A DNA stretch of 64,000 bases from assembly GCF_018350175.1 (NCBI RefSeq), contig NC_058383.1, forward strand, positions 19,718,001 to 19,782,000, in the 5' to 3' direction. The position numbers and the translations under genes are program-made. Below the pieces are notes generated by a model that made no database searches, had not been told where the DNA came from, and saw only the letters and a list, made by a program, of their open reading frames with translations. The stretch is from Felis catus (taxonomy: Eukaryota). Of the stretch, positions 12,442-25,260 are shown piece by piece. Numbering within the stretch: position 1 is the stretch's first letter; the number at the start of each line of letters is the position of its first letter.

Positions 12442-15232
12442 GACTAAGAGTGAAGCAGTGCCTGATGTCCACAGGCCTGGGAATCATGCCCGCTCCAGGC
12501 ACAGCGGCTTCCCTGGTGAGTTCTGCAAAGTGTTTAAGGAAGAGGTGCTACCAGTTCCACCCACGCGCCTCCAGAAAGTTGAAGACAAGGGAACGCTTCC
12601 CAGCTCGCTTTCTGAGGCCTGAATTATCCTGATACCAGAACTAGACAATGACATTGCGAGGAGAGGAATCCAAAGACCAAGGTTCTTCATGAATATAAAT
12701 GCTAAAATTTTAAACACACAGTTTTAGCAAATCTAATCCAGCAATATATAGAAAAGATGATACAATATGACCAAGGTGGGGTTTAGCCCAAGAATGCAGG
12801 GTTGGTTTAATATTTGAAAACCAACCCATGTAGTTTGCCATATTAACAGACTAAAAAAGAAAAACCATGTGATCGTGTCAGTAGTGCAGAAGACGCATTT
12901 GACAAAATCTGATATCTATCTTGGCGTGATGCCCCAAAGGTTTCTTACAGGAAACTACAGGGGAGAGGCAGATTTACAGGACAGGCTTAGAGCAGGAGAG
13001 AGGATTCAACAACTCTGCAGAGTTTAAAAACCTCACATGTATTCTTGACCAAAATCCCTTAGCAAAGTAGGAAAAGAAGGAAGGTTCTTTAACCTCCTGA
13101 AGGGGTTCTGTGTGCAACCTTCAGCTTCACATCATGCATACTTCACTGTGAAGACTAAATACTTTACCCTAATATCAGGAGCAAGACAAGAATGGCCATT
13201 CTAACAATCTCTGTTCTAGTCAGTGCACTTAGGCAAGAAAAAAAGAAAAGGCATTCAGATTGGAAGGGAAGAAGTAAAACTGTTGATTGAAACACATGAT
13301 CTTCTATGTAGAAAATCTGACAGACCTTCAAAAAAGCTACTAGAGCTGATAAGTAGGTTTGGTAAAGTGGCAGGATACAGGATCAACATCCAAAAATTTG
13401 TGGTATTTCTATATGCTTGCAGTGAATCATCAGCAATTGAAATTTTAGAAAGTACCATTCAAGATAGCATTAAAAAATATAAAATACTTAGAAATAAATG
13501 TGACAAAAGTCTGTAAGGCCTGTGCACTGAAATGCACGAAACAGTGCTGAGAGAAGTCGAAGAAGATCTAAATAAATGGAGAGCCACACCATGCTCGTGG
13601 GCTGTGAAACCCAATACTGTTAAGATAATCCGTTCTCCTCGAGTTGCTCTGTAGATTCAACTCAACCCCAGTCACATCCCAGCAGCACTTTTTGTAGAAA
13701 TTCACAGACTGATTCTGAAATTCACATGGAAATGTAAAGGACCTAGAAAAGCCAAAACAGTTTTGAAAAAGACAATCAAACTTGGAGGGCTAACACTGAT
13801 GAATTAAAGTTAATTAAGAGTGACTACCTGATCTTGAGACATAATATATAGCTCCCCTATCAAGACAGTGTGGTATTGACTTAAAGATAAACTCTTAGAA
13901 GAGAGAGTCTAGAAATAAACCCACGTGTGGATGGACAGCTAAGTTTTGACAAAAACGTAAAGGCAGTTCAGTGGAAATATTCTTCAAAAAATGATGCTGG
14001 AATAATAATTGGATAACCCCATGTTTTAATGACTCTCGAGCCATGCTTTGCACCACATGCAAAAATTAACTCAAAATGTAACATAGACCACAACGCAAAA
14101 CCTGAAACCATAACACTTACAGAAGAAAACATAGAAGAAAACCTTTGTGACCTTGGGTTCGGCAAAGCTTTCTTGAGTATAACACAAAGGTATGATCCGT
14201 AAGAGTACAAGTTGATAAATTGGGCTTCAGAATTTAAAAATTCTCTTTAAAATACACTGTTTAGGGAATAAAAAGACAAGCAAAATACTGGGAGAAAATG
14301 TTTGCAAATCACAATCCAATAAAGTACTCATATCCGGAATATAGAGAACTCCCCAAATCCAACAGTTAGGAAACATACAACCAAAAAAATAAAAAAATAA
14401 ATGAGCAAAAGACTTGAACAGACAATTCGTCGAACAAGTTCTATAGATGGCACATAGGCACGTGAAAAGCGCTCCGCTTCCTGAGGGCAACGCAGAATGA
14501 AGCCACAGTGAGATATACTACACGCCTGTTAGGCCAAAATTGAAAAGATTGCGTACTGAGTAGTGATGAGAAAATGAAGGAACTGGAACTCTCTCTGTTG
14601 GAATCTAAAATGAGTAGAGCCATTTTGAAAAAACGCAGGCGCTTTTATGGCACAGCCATTTCTGTTTCAAGTATTTGTTTTTAGACTCAAGAGAAGCGAA
14701 GATCCATGTCCCTACGAAGGCTTGTGTGTAAATATTCAGAGTAGTTTTGCTCGTAATGGCCACAGAGTGGAAACCTGGCCATCCATCAACAGGCGAGCCT
14801 GTAAATGGGCTGTGGTGTGGTCTGTCTCCTGGAATATACTACCTGGTAGTAAAAAGGAACGAGCTGTTGCTACATGCTGCGATATGAATGAATCTCAGAG
14901 TGATTATGCTGAGTGGAAGAAGCAGGGGAAGAGATTACGTGTTGTAGCAGGACTCCATTTACGTGCAATCCTAGACATTGTGTACCTGGGTGAAGTGACA
15001 GGAAGGCCACTGGTTTCCTGGTGATGGTGTAGGGGAGGGTTGTGAGGGGTGAGAGAGAGAGATTACGAGAGTTTGAGGGAACTTTTGGGGGGTGATGGAT
15101 CTACGTATTGTCTTGATTGTAGCGCTGGTTTCTAGGGTGTACACATGTGTCAGAAATTACTAACTTGTGTCTTTAAAGAGGTACGGTTCACTGTATGTCA
15201 GTTCTGTCTCTCCAAAGCAATTTTTTTAAAAA
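12442..15232 (+). mobile_element. Old L1 (L1M-type) ORF2 and 3' UTR remnant
   Basis: ORF 13223-13516 GIQIGREEVKL...KLLELISRFGKVAGYRINIQK is L1 RT; L1M-like 3' UTR to ~15230. Confidence 0.92.
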
Positions 15233-15408
15233 AATCTGAATTTGAAACCACTTTACAACTTGGTGGCTGTATAACCTTGGTCAAGTCACTAAACCACAGG
15301 GCTTCAGTTGTCCTAGCTGTGAAGCGGGGCTGGAGATATCTGTCACCCAGGGTTATTTGTGAAGATTATGAAGATACTGTGTGGCAGGTGCTTAAAGCCT
15401 GTAAGTGC

Positions 15409-15658
15409 CCAAGATGGTGAAATTTAGGGGATAAATCAGGTGTGCGGAATAGAGCTCATTCCTGCGGTCCGGTGAGGCTCTGCGTCCTCTGCGCTGGCCT
15501 CTACGGGAATGATTGCACCATCCAGGAAATGTATCCTTTCTGTCCTGTATCCAGGGTGTACCGGAGGAGCACCTTGCTTGAAGTCTGACTCACAAGAGAG
15601 TTGGGAAGTGGTTATGGAACAGTCACGTAGCCATGGAAAGTTTCTTTGGTTCGGTTTC
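15409..15658 (-). pseudogene. Ig V-like pseudo-exon
   Basis: ttttctag acceptor, phase-1 NRTKETFHGYV, then frameshift to DCSITTSQLSC...HPGYRTERIHFLDGAIIPVEASAEDAE, then frameshift to YPLNFTIL. Abuts a MIR. Confidence 0.55.
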
Positions 15659-16164
15659 CTAGAAAACAGAATGAATGTTGGAAGCCTGAATTCTGAAGCC
15701 TTCACAAGTGGCCCAAGGCCCTTGGGGAGGCGGTGCTTAAGCCTGATGATTTGGTCACAGAATAGTGTTGCCCAGTGTGGGGCTTGAGGGTGTGCCAGTC
15801 TGGAGGCTGACTCTTGGTTGGAACCTTTATTCCATTTATCACGTGGCTTTACTGGACAGAAGCAGAAGGTTGCCGCGGCCCACAGTTGTCTGACGACGAT
15901 TCTGAGTCCCTGGCCTCGTTAAAATGTTCTGGGTCTGGTCTTCTGTGTTTTGGTTGGACAGGTTCGCTTTTTAGGGAATCGCGGGGTCCAGCCTGCTCAC
16001 CTTACAAACGCGGAAGCGGAGACCCCTGGGAGTCGGGTGGGCTGGCACCCAACACCCAGCTGCTTCTCACACCAGCTCCGGCCCCCCCACGGTCAAATGC
16101 TGCCTCCCGCATCAGTGGCGCACTTGCAGAGTGCCTTCTTCACTGGAGCTCCTTGGGTTGCTTT

Positions 16165-17244
16165 TTAAACTTGTTTTTTATTTTGAAATAATTCCAAACT
16201 CACCAGAAAACCGTAAGAATAGTCCAGGGTCCAATAGCCCAATTTGAAGCTCCGTCATTACCACCAAATTCTTCAGGGAATGTCTCCTCCCGGCAAAGAC
16301 ATTCTCCTAAGTCATCATAGGATAACCATTCAAATCTGGGCATTAACGTTGAGGATTCCCTGCCCTCTCATCTGCAGACCCCACTGGAGTTTTCCGGTTG
16401 TCTCAATATTGTCTTCTGTAGCAAAGGACCCACCGCGGGGTCACGTGTTGCGTTTGGTTGTCTCTTTAGATGCCTCCAGTCGGGAATCATTCCTCAGTCT
16501 TTCCTTGACTTTTATGACCTTGACATTGTTGAAGATTACAGCTTACTTATTTATTTATGTCGATTTATTTTTGAGAGAGAGAGACAGAGACAGAACACGA
16601 GTGGGGGAGGGGCAGAGAGAGAGAGGGAGACACAGGATCCGAAGCAGGCTCCAGGCTCCGAGCTGTCAGCACAGAGCCTGACGTGGGGCTTGAACCCACG
16701 AACTGTGAGGTCATGACCTGAGCCAAAATCAGATGCCTAACCGACTGAGCCACCAGGTGCCCCAGGTTAGTTATTTAGTAGAACAGAGCTGATAGAAATT
16801 CAGTGTGAGCCACATCTGTAATTAAAGTTTTCTGGTGGCCACATCAAAAGAGGTAGAAAGAAACAGGTGCAATTAATATCCCGAATAGCATTTTAACATG
16901 TAACGCATATACAAAAATTATTAATGAGATATTTTCCATTCTGTAATAGCACGTCTTTGAAATCCAGGACGTATTTGACACACAGGACATATCTAAATCG
17001 GACGAGGCACAGTGCAAGTGCTGGGCCGCCCCGGGCCCGGTGGCTGCTGTATCAGGCAACATAGCTGTGGAATGTTCCCTCAGTTCGGGTTCATCTGGTG
17101 CCTCCTTCTGGTTCGGTTATGGGTGTACTTTTTCGTTCGGCAGAAATGTTGTAGAAGTGGTCGTGTCCGCATCCCGCCCGGTGGCGTGTAGTGTTGACTC
17201 AGACGCGCCTGCTGGGTCTCTGCGCTGTGACGTCACTCTCCCCT
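16165..17244 (-). mobile_element. L1M 3' UTR remnant interrupted by a Can-SINE (16545-16763) and a MER33-like element (~16785-17066)
   Basis: L1MC-like tcctcagtctttccttgacttt..atgaccttgaca; MER33-like gagccacat..gtaatt..tggccacat..aaaag. Confidence 0.7.
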
Positions 17245-17474
17245 GATTCTGTGACTCTGATTCAGAAGCACTTTGCAGGGAAGCTCTTTGAGGCAAAGCA
17301 CATGTACTACCCTTACGCCCTAGATGTAGTATCCGTTGGTGTTTCTTCCCCAACGTCCTTTCTTTTCTGGCGCTTGTCAGATGGCCGTGAGTGCCCTCTG
17401 TATTCCAGCACTCACATTTTGTCGTCAGTTGTATGCTCGTTGTTGTATGTTAAGTCTTTTCATTATCTGTGGTC
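17243..17474 (-). pseudogene. Ig C2-like pseudo-exon
   Basis: Branch point ctaat plus tccttag acceptor, phase-1 start PQIMK. Later HQRILHL and G*YMCFASKSFPAKCF*IRVTE (Y-x-C at 17306-17298). 3' end abuts an L1 remnant. Confidence 0.6.
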
Positions 17475-17764
17475 CTAAGGACAAATTAGGTAGAATCTCT
17501 ACACTTTTAGATGAAACAAATTAAGATCCGACGTTATTTCAGCGAGCAGAACAAATACTACGGCGTTCGAGCGAAAAAACCAGTTAACTGAAACGAATGT
17601 ACCGAAAATAGACGAGTGACCACAGTATGAGAGGAACATTGGGGTTTGACAGATATTTTCCGCTTTTGTCAGACCTCGTGCCTGCCTTCATCCTAGCTCT
17701 GCTTTCTCCTGCTGAGTGACACGGCTGTTGGCCTCGCCGTGCCGGTGCCTTCCCAGGACTCAGC

Positions 17765-18034
17765 GGAGGGTCACAGCGACGTTGACACTTGTGCTGTTCA
17801 TCTCGCGTGTGCAGTGGCATCTGTAAGCGTCTTCTCTTTCCGGGGAGGACTTGGTGGTAATTAGAAGCTGGCTCCCAATAAACATCCCCCTACTTTTAAC
17901 GATCCTGTCGTACCATTTTCCCCCTTGACTGTAAAGAACAGTCAGTAGACTTACCACCGTCACAACCCGCTCGGCTTCCCAGTTAAAGGGGATCCGGCAT
18001 GTGGTGAGCATGAAAGGCGACGTCTAAAATGGCA
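17765..18034 (-). pseudogene. Ig V-like pseudo-exon
   Basis: 270 nt, phase 1-1: PF*TSPFMLTTCRIPFNW...KWYDRIVKSRGMFIGSQLLITTKSSPEREDAYRCHC...VNVAVTL. Both canonical Cys-like positions present (D-x-Y-x-C at 17825-17817). Donor decayed (GCTGAGT). Confidence 0.6.
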
Positions 18035-19559
18035 CTGGGTGAATTTTTGAACACAGAGAAGTCCACAACTCACTGTGCTTCGACAGGAATCTCGGGTCTC
18101 AGCAGGCTCCGTGACCACGAGGAGACAGACGTTGTCCTCACATCCCTGGCTCCTGAAGGACCCGATGGGTCCAGATCCCAGCCCACTCTAGACCGTGTGT
18201 AGCTCAGGCGCCCAGGGCGGGACGGGTCCACAGCGGCCGGCGCGGATTTCTGTGCGTTCCACGCTCTTCCAGGTGTAGACGTCACTGGTTTTGGGTTGTG
18301 TTTTGTACTGGATCCCAAACACAAGGGACGTCGTGTGTGGGCAGTGGAGGGCTGGGGATGAATCCGGATTGTCACGGGTAAGCTCTGGCCAGAGCAGTGA
18401 ACCATTTCTTTGGACAGAGGTTTAAATCGGGGACTGGGAAAGTTCTTTCAGTTTCTGAGCCTCAGCTCTCTGTTTGACGAAGGAAGTCTCACCTACCTCA
18501 TGGGACACTTGTGAGGGTGTGCAGGGAGACTTCTGTCGTATGCCTGGTGCAAAGTACTTCCTGGTGTGTGTTCAGCATGTGCCCCTTGCTGCCTCTTCCT
18601 TCCTCTGTGGTCATCTGACCCCACGGGCCCGGGGACAATCAGGAGACCCGTCAGGCTGCTAAATAGTGCGACAGAGACCAGAGGACTGAACTTCTGGTGC
18701 TGAGAGTTTTCTCCAAAAATCCAGAAAGTGTGGTCACGGTTTCCTAGCGGAAGGAAGTCACGCATGTGGTACTGAGCTGGGAAGGCGCCCTGTGGGCCGG
18801 CGGCAGGCCCGCGCGACTGCAGTGCAGAGCCGGGGGCGCGCCTCGGGATCACAGATGAGCCACCGGGGGCCGTGCGGAGAGGGGCCGCCGGGACCTGGCC
18901 CCTCTCTGGCTGTGCGTGGTGACGGGGTAGAGGGCTAGAGTGGGCACCGGGAGACCGTGGGAGGCTGGTCCACACCGTGGGGAGAAGGTGGGGGGGCCGT
19001 ATGTAGGGAATTGGAGAAAGTGGCCAGTCTCCCCCTGACCATGCTGGGGGCCCGCTCACAACACCGGGCCACCTTGCTGACCCCTGCTGGGCACGGGGCC
19101 CTGAGCTACCTCTCGCACGTGGACCTGGGCAAAGACCACCCCCCAGGCTGCGCATTCAGAACAGAGCGTGCTCGGGCAGGGGAGGCGCTCACCTCACCTG
19201 CTTCTCGGTAGAGACTCCAGGTTAGGTAGGGGAGTGGGGAGAGTGGAGGGCTTCGACGTAGCCTGACCGGAGGCTGGTGGCCCGGGAAGCTGGAGGCGGG
19301 CTTCCTAGAAGCGGGACACCCCCCCCCCCCCCCCGCCCCTGGCTAGTGGAACCTGTTTGGCTACCTCCGGCTGGCGTCCTAAGTTGGACGCAGGAACGAA
19401 CACTTAGGGAAGCTGTCAGTTACAGAGCGAGTCCTGGCCACCCTGAGCCAGTTATCGTGGGAGCTGTTGTCTGGCGTCCTGGGCCGGTTGCTGGAGATGG
19501 AGGTCTGGCCTCCTGCGGGTCTGGCTTCTAGGCGGCAGGCTGGCGCCCCGGGCTGGTTC

Positions 19560-20148
19560 CTGTGGATAAGGGGTTCCTCCTCTGGGCTGGGTGCTGCGGA
19601 CTGTGGGTCAGAGCCCTGTTCTTGCACGTTATCTGCCCTTGGCTTATATGGCAGTATTTCAGGCTTTTCATGATTATTGTATTGGTTATAGTGATCTGTG
19701 ATCAGGGATTACCACTCACTCAAAAGCTCAGATGATGGTTAGCATTTTTAGCAATAATGTATTTTTAAATTAAGGCACACACTGTTTTTTGCAGACCTGA
19801 CGTCATCATGTGTTTAATAGATTCCAGTGTAGCGTGACCGTAACTTTTCTATGCACCGGGAAACCGAAAAACGCATTTGACTGGCTTAATTGCGACGACA
19901 CTTTATCGTGGTGGTTTGGAACCAAGCCCACGAAAGGTCTGAGGTCTGCCCGTGCTCAGTCTCTCAGAAGAATGAGCGTGACACAGTCTGTTCCTTCGGG
20001 TTCTCCACCGCCTCTTATCTGGTGGCTCCGGGAACACGGTGGCCTCGTTCGTCATCGTGTCTCTTTATGGCAGGGTCACAGCCCACGTCAGAATTCGAAA
20101 ACTGGGGACTGTCAGTGGTCTGTAGCGGACGGATACGGATTGTTGGCC
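19560..20148 (-). pseudogene. Ig C2-like pseudo-exon interrupted by a Tigger element
   Basis: tgtag acceptor, phase-1 start PTIRIRP...; VTLIL before the Tigger. After it, GGC AGA TA-ACG TGC = GRYTC with a 1-nt deletion (19637-19624). Confidence 0.4.
19651..19952 (+). mobile_element. Tigger1-derived DNA transposon 3' fragment
   Basis: gatgatggttagcatttttagcaataa...tttatcgtggtggtttggaacc...gaggtctgccc matches the recalled Tigger1 3' end. Confidence 0.8.
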
Positions 20149-20541
20149 CTACAGTGTTTTAAAAATTAATTCCCACGTTAAAAAACAAACACTGACAGAG
20201 AGACTTGTCACAAAAATCCAAAGACTGGGTCTGTGGCAGGAACAGAGGAAGTCCTGCTCCTCTCGGGGGACGCGCGTTCCCCACTTCAGCCGCTGCGCCC
20301 GCGCTTGTCCACGTCTGTGCTTCTGCCTGGCGTCTGCGGGCGTCTGATTCTGTCAGGAGCAGCAGGCTGTGCTCAGATGAAAGCTGGGGAGGAGGAAGGC
20401 TGCACACCCGGAATGAGGCACAGCCGCTCTGGTTTTAGGGGGTGGGCGGCCACCCCCCGCGGAGCCCCTGCATCAGTTCCTTGGGGATCCCTGGTGGGGG
20501 GAGTGGGGGGCCACCGCCGGTCCCAGTGGCAGATGGCCCAC

Positions 20542-20832
20542 CTGTTGTCAAGGGCGGGGACGAAGTGACATGCGCACGAATGGAATCGGTAGTGAGGTTC
20601 TGCTGCAGGCGGCTTAGCTTTCTGTGATGAGTCACGGAATTCAGGACGCTGCCCGGCTCAGCACCGTCCTGAGGAGGCGGCACTGTTCTGTTGCCGACCG
20701 CAGCACTGACCAACACACCCCTGGTGAGGGGGCTGGCCGATAGGTGGGTTTACCGCACGGACGGACACGGTAGGCGCACGTCCCCGTCACCACCGGCCGC
20801 GGTGTCGTCGTGGGTCTTGGAACGCTTGGTGC
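20542..20832 (-). pseudogene. Ig V-like pseudo-exon
   Basis: 291 nt, phase 1 at both ends (ccacag acceptor, GTGGGC donor). Reads TAAGGDGDVRLPCPSVR*...GSVLNSVT...IRAHVT, with a single in-frame TAA at 20752-20750. Confidence 0.6.
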
Positions 20833-21544
20833 CTGTGGCCAAAACGCGGGAACTGTGCCAAACAGTGTAGAACAAGTTTTATGTGCTGTTATTTGAAGCG
20901 AGGCCCCAGAGCAGGCTTTCTAACTAAAATAACCTGTTGATTTAAAAAACAAAGCACAGCAAAAAGAGTCTCTGTGGACTTGCAGACAGATCTCTGAGAT
21001 TTAAAAACTGTCCGTTACTAAAAGCCTCTTCACCCCGAGCCATCAGAGCTCTGAGCGAATCTACCTCGTCAGAGGGCACTGCCCCGTTTCTCTTTTTCGA
21101 TTCAGAAACCTGAGGGTGAAGGCATCGAGTGATACTGTGGAGCACTGAGGTATTTTTTTTACCCTTAAATGGGAAAAGTCACACAGAAAAGTCAAAGAAT
21201 ACAGTGAGGCCCGTCCATCGCCCAGCCACGGTGGCAACTCATGACTGATTCTGTTTTATCTGCTTACCTCCTACCTCCTTAACCCTTGTTATTCTGAAGT
21301 AATTCTCAGACATCGCTGTGTATCTAAGCAACATTTTTTCTTTGTTTTAATGAATGCTCGAGGCCATTTGTCGCTGTGCCAAACTAAAGGCCAGACATCT
21401 GATTTCCCGTCTGCACCGTGTCACTTACGGGTCCTGTGATCTCGGGTAAGCCCTTAAGCTCTGTGACCCTCGGTGTCCGCCGACGTGCAGACCGCGCTGC
21501 GTCCCGGCTCCTCCCCGGGTGGTTGGTTGTTCGTGAGGCTCTGC

Positions 21545-21805
21545 GGAGATCACGAGGGAGAGGAACCGGGGGGCACCGAGCGAAATGGTGCACAGGTACA
21601 GAGAGCGACTTATCTAATGTATCTGCCACATGAAAGACAGCTTCTTCCCCCTGCTCTTCTCAGCACCGTTAACCAGCCAGACTTGGGGAGCGGTCTCGTC
21701 GTCGGTTCCCAGCTCTCTCCCACGTATCCCACTGTCCGGGGAGCCATGTCTCCCCAGGCCGGTGGATGTGAAGGTCACGGGCTGAGACGTGCCCCCCGCC
21801 CCCAC
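21545..21805 (-). pseudogene. Ig V-like pseudo-exon
   Basis: One frame: GTSQPVTFTS...KLSFMWQIH*ISRSLYLCTISLGAPRFLSLVIS (Y-x-C at 21598-21590, stop at 21616-21614). Boundaries uncertain; strong GTAAGT donor at 21428. Confidence 0.55.
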
Positions 21806-22356
21806 TCCCCCACTGCCGCCGCCCCGTGTCTCTGCCTGCCAGCCTTTCCTGGCCCCGGAGGCGGGGGGCTGCTCTGCGCCCCATCCTCAGCTCCGTGCTC
21901 AGGGGGGCCACCCGGCCGGCCCATCAGACGAGAGGCCTGTCACGGGGCGGGTTGGCCTGCAAGTGGTTCCGTCCCTTGGGGTCTTTAATTTTAGGCTGTT
22001 ATTTCCTCTACCTAAAAATAGCATTTTCTATCTATAGTGCCTAGTTTGGAACAAAACTGTTTGTGGCTCAGAAGTTAGGGCAGCAGACTTCCTGACCGCC
22101 CGCCTGCCGCCCAAGTGTGTGGTGTGCCCTGGGTTCCAGTAGCCCGCTGGGAAACAAGGACCCAGCTTAGCAGGCAGGGGTTTGTTGGTTAAAGTAAAAC
22201 TGAATTTTGAAAGAAAAGGAAATAGTATATATAGAAGTGGTCAGAGGAAAACAGCCTCCGAGTGAAGCAGCCTCGCTTGTCAGAGGGATGGTGTCCTCTT
22301 TGGTTGGTGCTGCCCCAGCCTGTGGACTGCCCTGAGTCCCCCCACCCCCGCCTGTG

Positions 22357-22557
22357 TTTTAAGTTTATTAGTCTATTTTGAGAGGCAGAGACAGTGCAAG
22401 CAGGGGAGGGGCAGGGAGAGAGAGAGAATCCCAAGCGGGTTCCGCGCTGTCAGCGCAGAGCCCGACACGGGGCTCGAGTTCGTGGAACTTCGAGATCGCG
22501 ACCTGAGTCGAAATTAAGAGTCGGATGCTTAATTGACTGAGCCACCCAGGCGTACCT
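22357..22557 (-). mobile_element. Can-SINE
   Basis: Reverse SINEC; TSD-like cctgagtcccc. Confidence 0.88.
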
Positions 22558-22861
22558 GAGTCCCCTTTTATAAATTGTCCCATCGGAAGGGCATTTCCGG
22601 CTAGAGAAGGAGCTGTTCTGTCCTCTTCCTGGGCCTTGGGCTGTCAACCCCCCAACATGGCAGAGCGTGTGTTCCCAGAGAACACTCGCTCTGCTCTCCA
22701 GGGGGCCTGTGGCTTCATGCCCAGGAGCTTGGGAAGTGGTGTCGGGCAGGCCCGGGTGCCCTATCTAAGCCGTGGGAACTCTGGGTAAGTGACTGAACCC
22801 TCCCTAAGCCTCTTGTAGAGACAGATGATACTAACGGCTCGCATTATGGGTCTGTTCTCAC

Positions 22862-23097
22862 GGTGCTGAAGGGAGCAGGCTCCTGAGTGGCGCCCAGCAC
22901 GCATTAAGGTGAATTCCAGCCACACAAGCGTAGGCTCGCCGTGTGCGGCCCCGTTTTGCCGTAGCCCACGGGGGAGGCCCTGGTACAGCCTGCTCCCACG
23001 TAGAGAGGACCCGGGGCGGGGGGTGACGTAAGATCCATAGACCTTTGCTCGGTTCAGACGTGGTGCTGAGCATCCTGGTTTGGGTGTCTCCCGCTCC
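22862..23097 (-). pseudogene. Ig C2-like pseudo-exon
   Basis: Mixed frames give ETPKP..LNRAKVYGSYVT, PPPRVLSTW and RAYACVAG (Y-x-C at 22932-22924). GTGAGA donor; acceptor degraded. Confidence 0.45.
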
Positions 23098-24677
23098 CAG
23101 AGGAGACAGCAGGGTGGGGCCAGGGCCGGGCTCGTCACTTCTTGGAGCTGGTTGTCCTGTGGCACTGATGGCGGGTCGGTGGTGTTGAGGGACCCAGGCT
23201 CTGACTCAGCTCAACCTGCAAAGGCAGTGACTTGGAAACTTAGCTCGAGCCTGCCTCTTTTCTCAGTTGGCTCGGGATCCTGAAGGGAGGACCGATGTTA
23301 TGAATTTTCTGAAGCCCATCAGTCGTAGAACCAAGAAGTGTGTGATTTTGTCTTTTATCTCATGCCCTTTATCATGACCCTGGACTCAGGCTCCAGGGCC
23401 AAAGGGACCCTTTGACAGTCCTTTGGCCCAGCGTGTTCGCACGGGTCTACAGAACATGGCTGCTCCACAGAGGCCTTGGGGATAGGGCGGGGAGTGGGGG
23501 CACAGCAGTGAGAACAGCTCACGATAAGACCCGAGGTCCAGAAGCTCCCGTCTGGTGGGCACCCTTGACGTGCATGTCAGGGATCTTGGCAGCAAGTGAT
23601 CGATCCCGGTTCTGGCCAACTTTAAAAGAACCGTGTTGGGAGGCTGGTGGGAAAGGGACACACAAGGACTGGTTGACAGCCAGGGGCCAGGCTGGGGAAT
23701 GGGCAGGACCCCAGGAGCACGAGGACACAGGACGACCTTACGGCCAAAGCCTTCCTCGCTTCTCTGTGCTTCCTCCCTCTCGGGGCTGAGCTGGAGCCCC
23801 CCGGTGGCCCTCCTCTTGTTGCTTCCTAGACTGGCCCACACCTGGCTGACCTCCGATCTGGCCCCCTCATCTTCCTGCCTCCTGGTTCTCTGGATATGGG
23901 TTCCTGGAATTATTCTCCTTCCAAAATCACACATAGAGGGGAAAGACAGTTAAAAAAAAAAAAAAAAAAGCTAGGGTCTGGTTAGGGATGGAAATTGCTG
24001 TTGGCAGCTGAAAATTACCAGGTGACTCTGGTAGTTACCAAATCTGGGGTGGGCAGATTTGTAGCTGGAGCCAAGGGATCAGGGAAGGCAGTGCTTGAGG
24101 AGGCCTGCACGGGAGGGGATGGGAGGGGACATGACCGGGACCCGGGGGGCAGTGTGTGGGGGGGGGTGGGGGGCGGGTGGAGCGAGGGCTGGCGCTATAC
24201 AGAGGGTTTGGGGGTGTGTTCTAGACACATGTGAAGCTGGAGGTGAGGTGCAGGGGGTGATGAGAGAAAGGGGGGGACTCAGCTGGGGTCCCCCAGAAAG
24301 GTAAGGCAGGACTTCTCCCCTAAAACTCAAATCCAGGAGCGGTGTTACTGAACACGAGAAGTTTATTCTTAGGGGATGATCAAGAGGGAGACGGCATGGC
24401 ACAGGGCCTGAGAAACACGCACAGTGTCAGCAGCAGACAGGGACACGGACGTGGCCTTGACGTAGGAGGCCGTGTGGTCAGGGAGGGTAAGAGGGGAGAG
24501 AACGTGAGCCGTGGAGCAGGTGGTTGGTTTCTGCGGTGAGCACGGCAGTAGGAGGTGGTTGTTGTTGGTGTTGTTGTTAAACGAAAATCCAGTGAAAATG
24601 TTCACGGTTCTGAAAACCGAGGCTGGACAGCACGGCACAGGAGGGTGGGAGAGGGGGAAGGGCCGAGCGGTTCATAC

Positions 24678-24886
24678 CCTCCACGCACACAGGGTATCTG
24701 GAAACTCCGACGTATTGGAGTGTTTGTGATCTGCCCACGGGGTACGTTTTTTCTGAACGACACCCCGGAGTGGCCTTTCCAGTGGAAAATGTGCAGTGTC
24801 ACTTTCAGAGGGAGGTGGGACTTGCCATTGTGTCATATTGGGTGGACCGAGTGGCTCCTGCCCGGGGAAGAGCCCTGTCACTTGCC
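24678..24886 (-). pseudogene. Possible Ig-like pseudo-exon 1 (very decayed)
   Basis: cag acceptor, phase-1 frame QVTGLFPGQEPLGPPNMTQWQV. Ends in another frame as RYPVCVE-G|GTATGA. No intact Cys motifs. Confidence 0.3.
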
Positions 24887-25260
24887 CTGTCGGTGAGGGG
24901 TGGCTCCCGAGTGCCTGGTCACCACGCAGCCAGGCTCCTGGGCGGGCAGGCGGGGGGCGGGGCTCTGTGGCAGAAAGGGCTTCAAGGCCCTCACGCTTGG
25001 TGTGGAAGAGGAAGAAAGGCGAGGCCACTGTGCACCGGGGGCCGCAGAGGACATTTCGTGGGAAAAAGTCCTGTTTGAGCTGGCTTCCGTAAAAAGTAGG
25101 CAGAAACGGGGGGTGAGGAGGAAGAGGCCTTCCAGAAAGGAGGGGGTGAGCAAAGGCCCGGAGGGAGGAAACGCTGTCCAGGCTCTGATCACAGGCTTTC
25201 CAGCAGCTGCGACCAAATTCTGTTGTCCCGCTGTCCTCACAGTTCGTGTCCCCGTACCAC

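Noticed and set aside
21810..22011. Additional minus-strand acceptor (tttttag at 22012) as the start of an Ig exon
   Set aside because: Downstream frames show no Ig motif for ~200 nt; it cannot be tied to the 21.5-21.8 kb domain.
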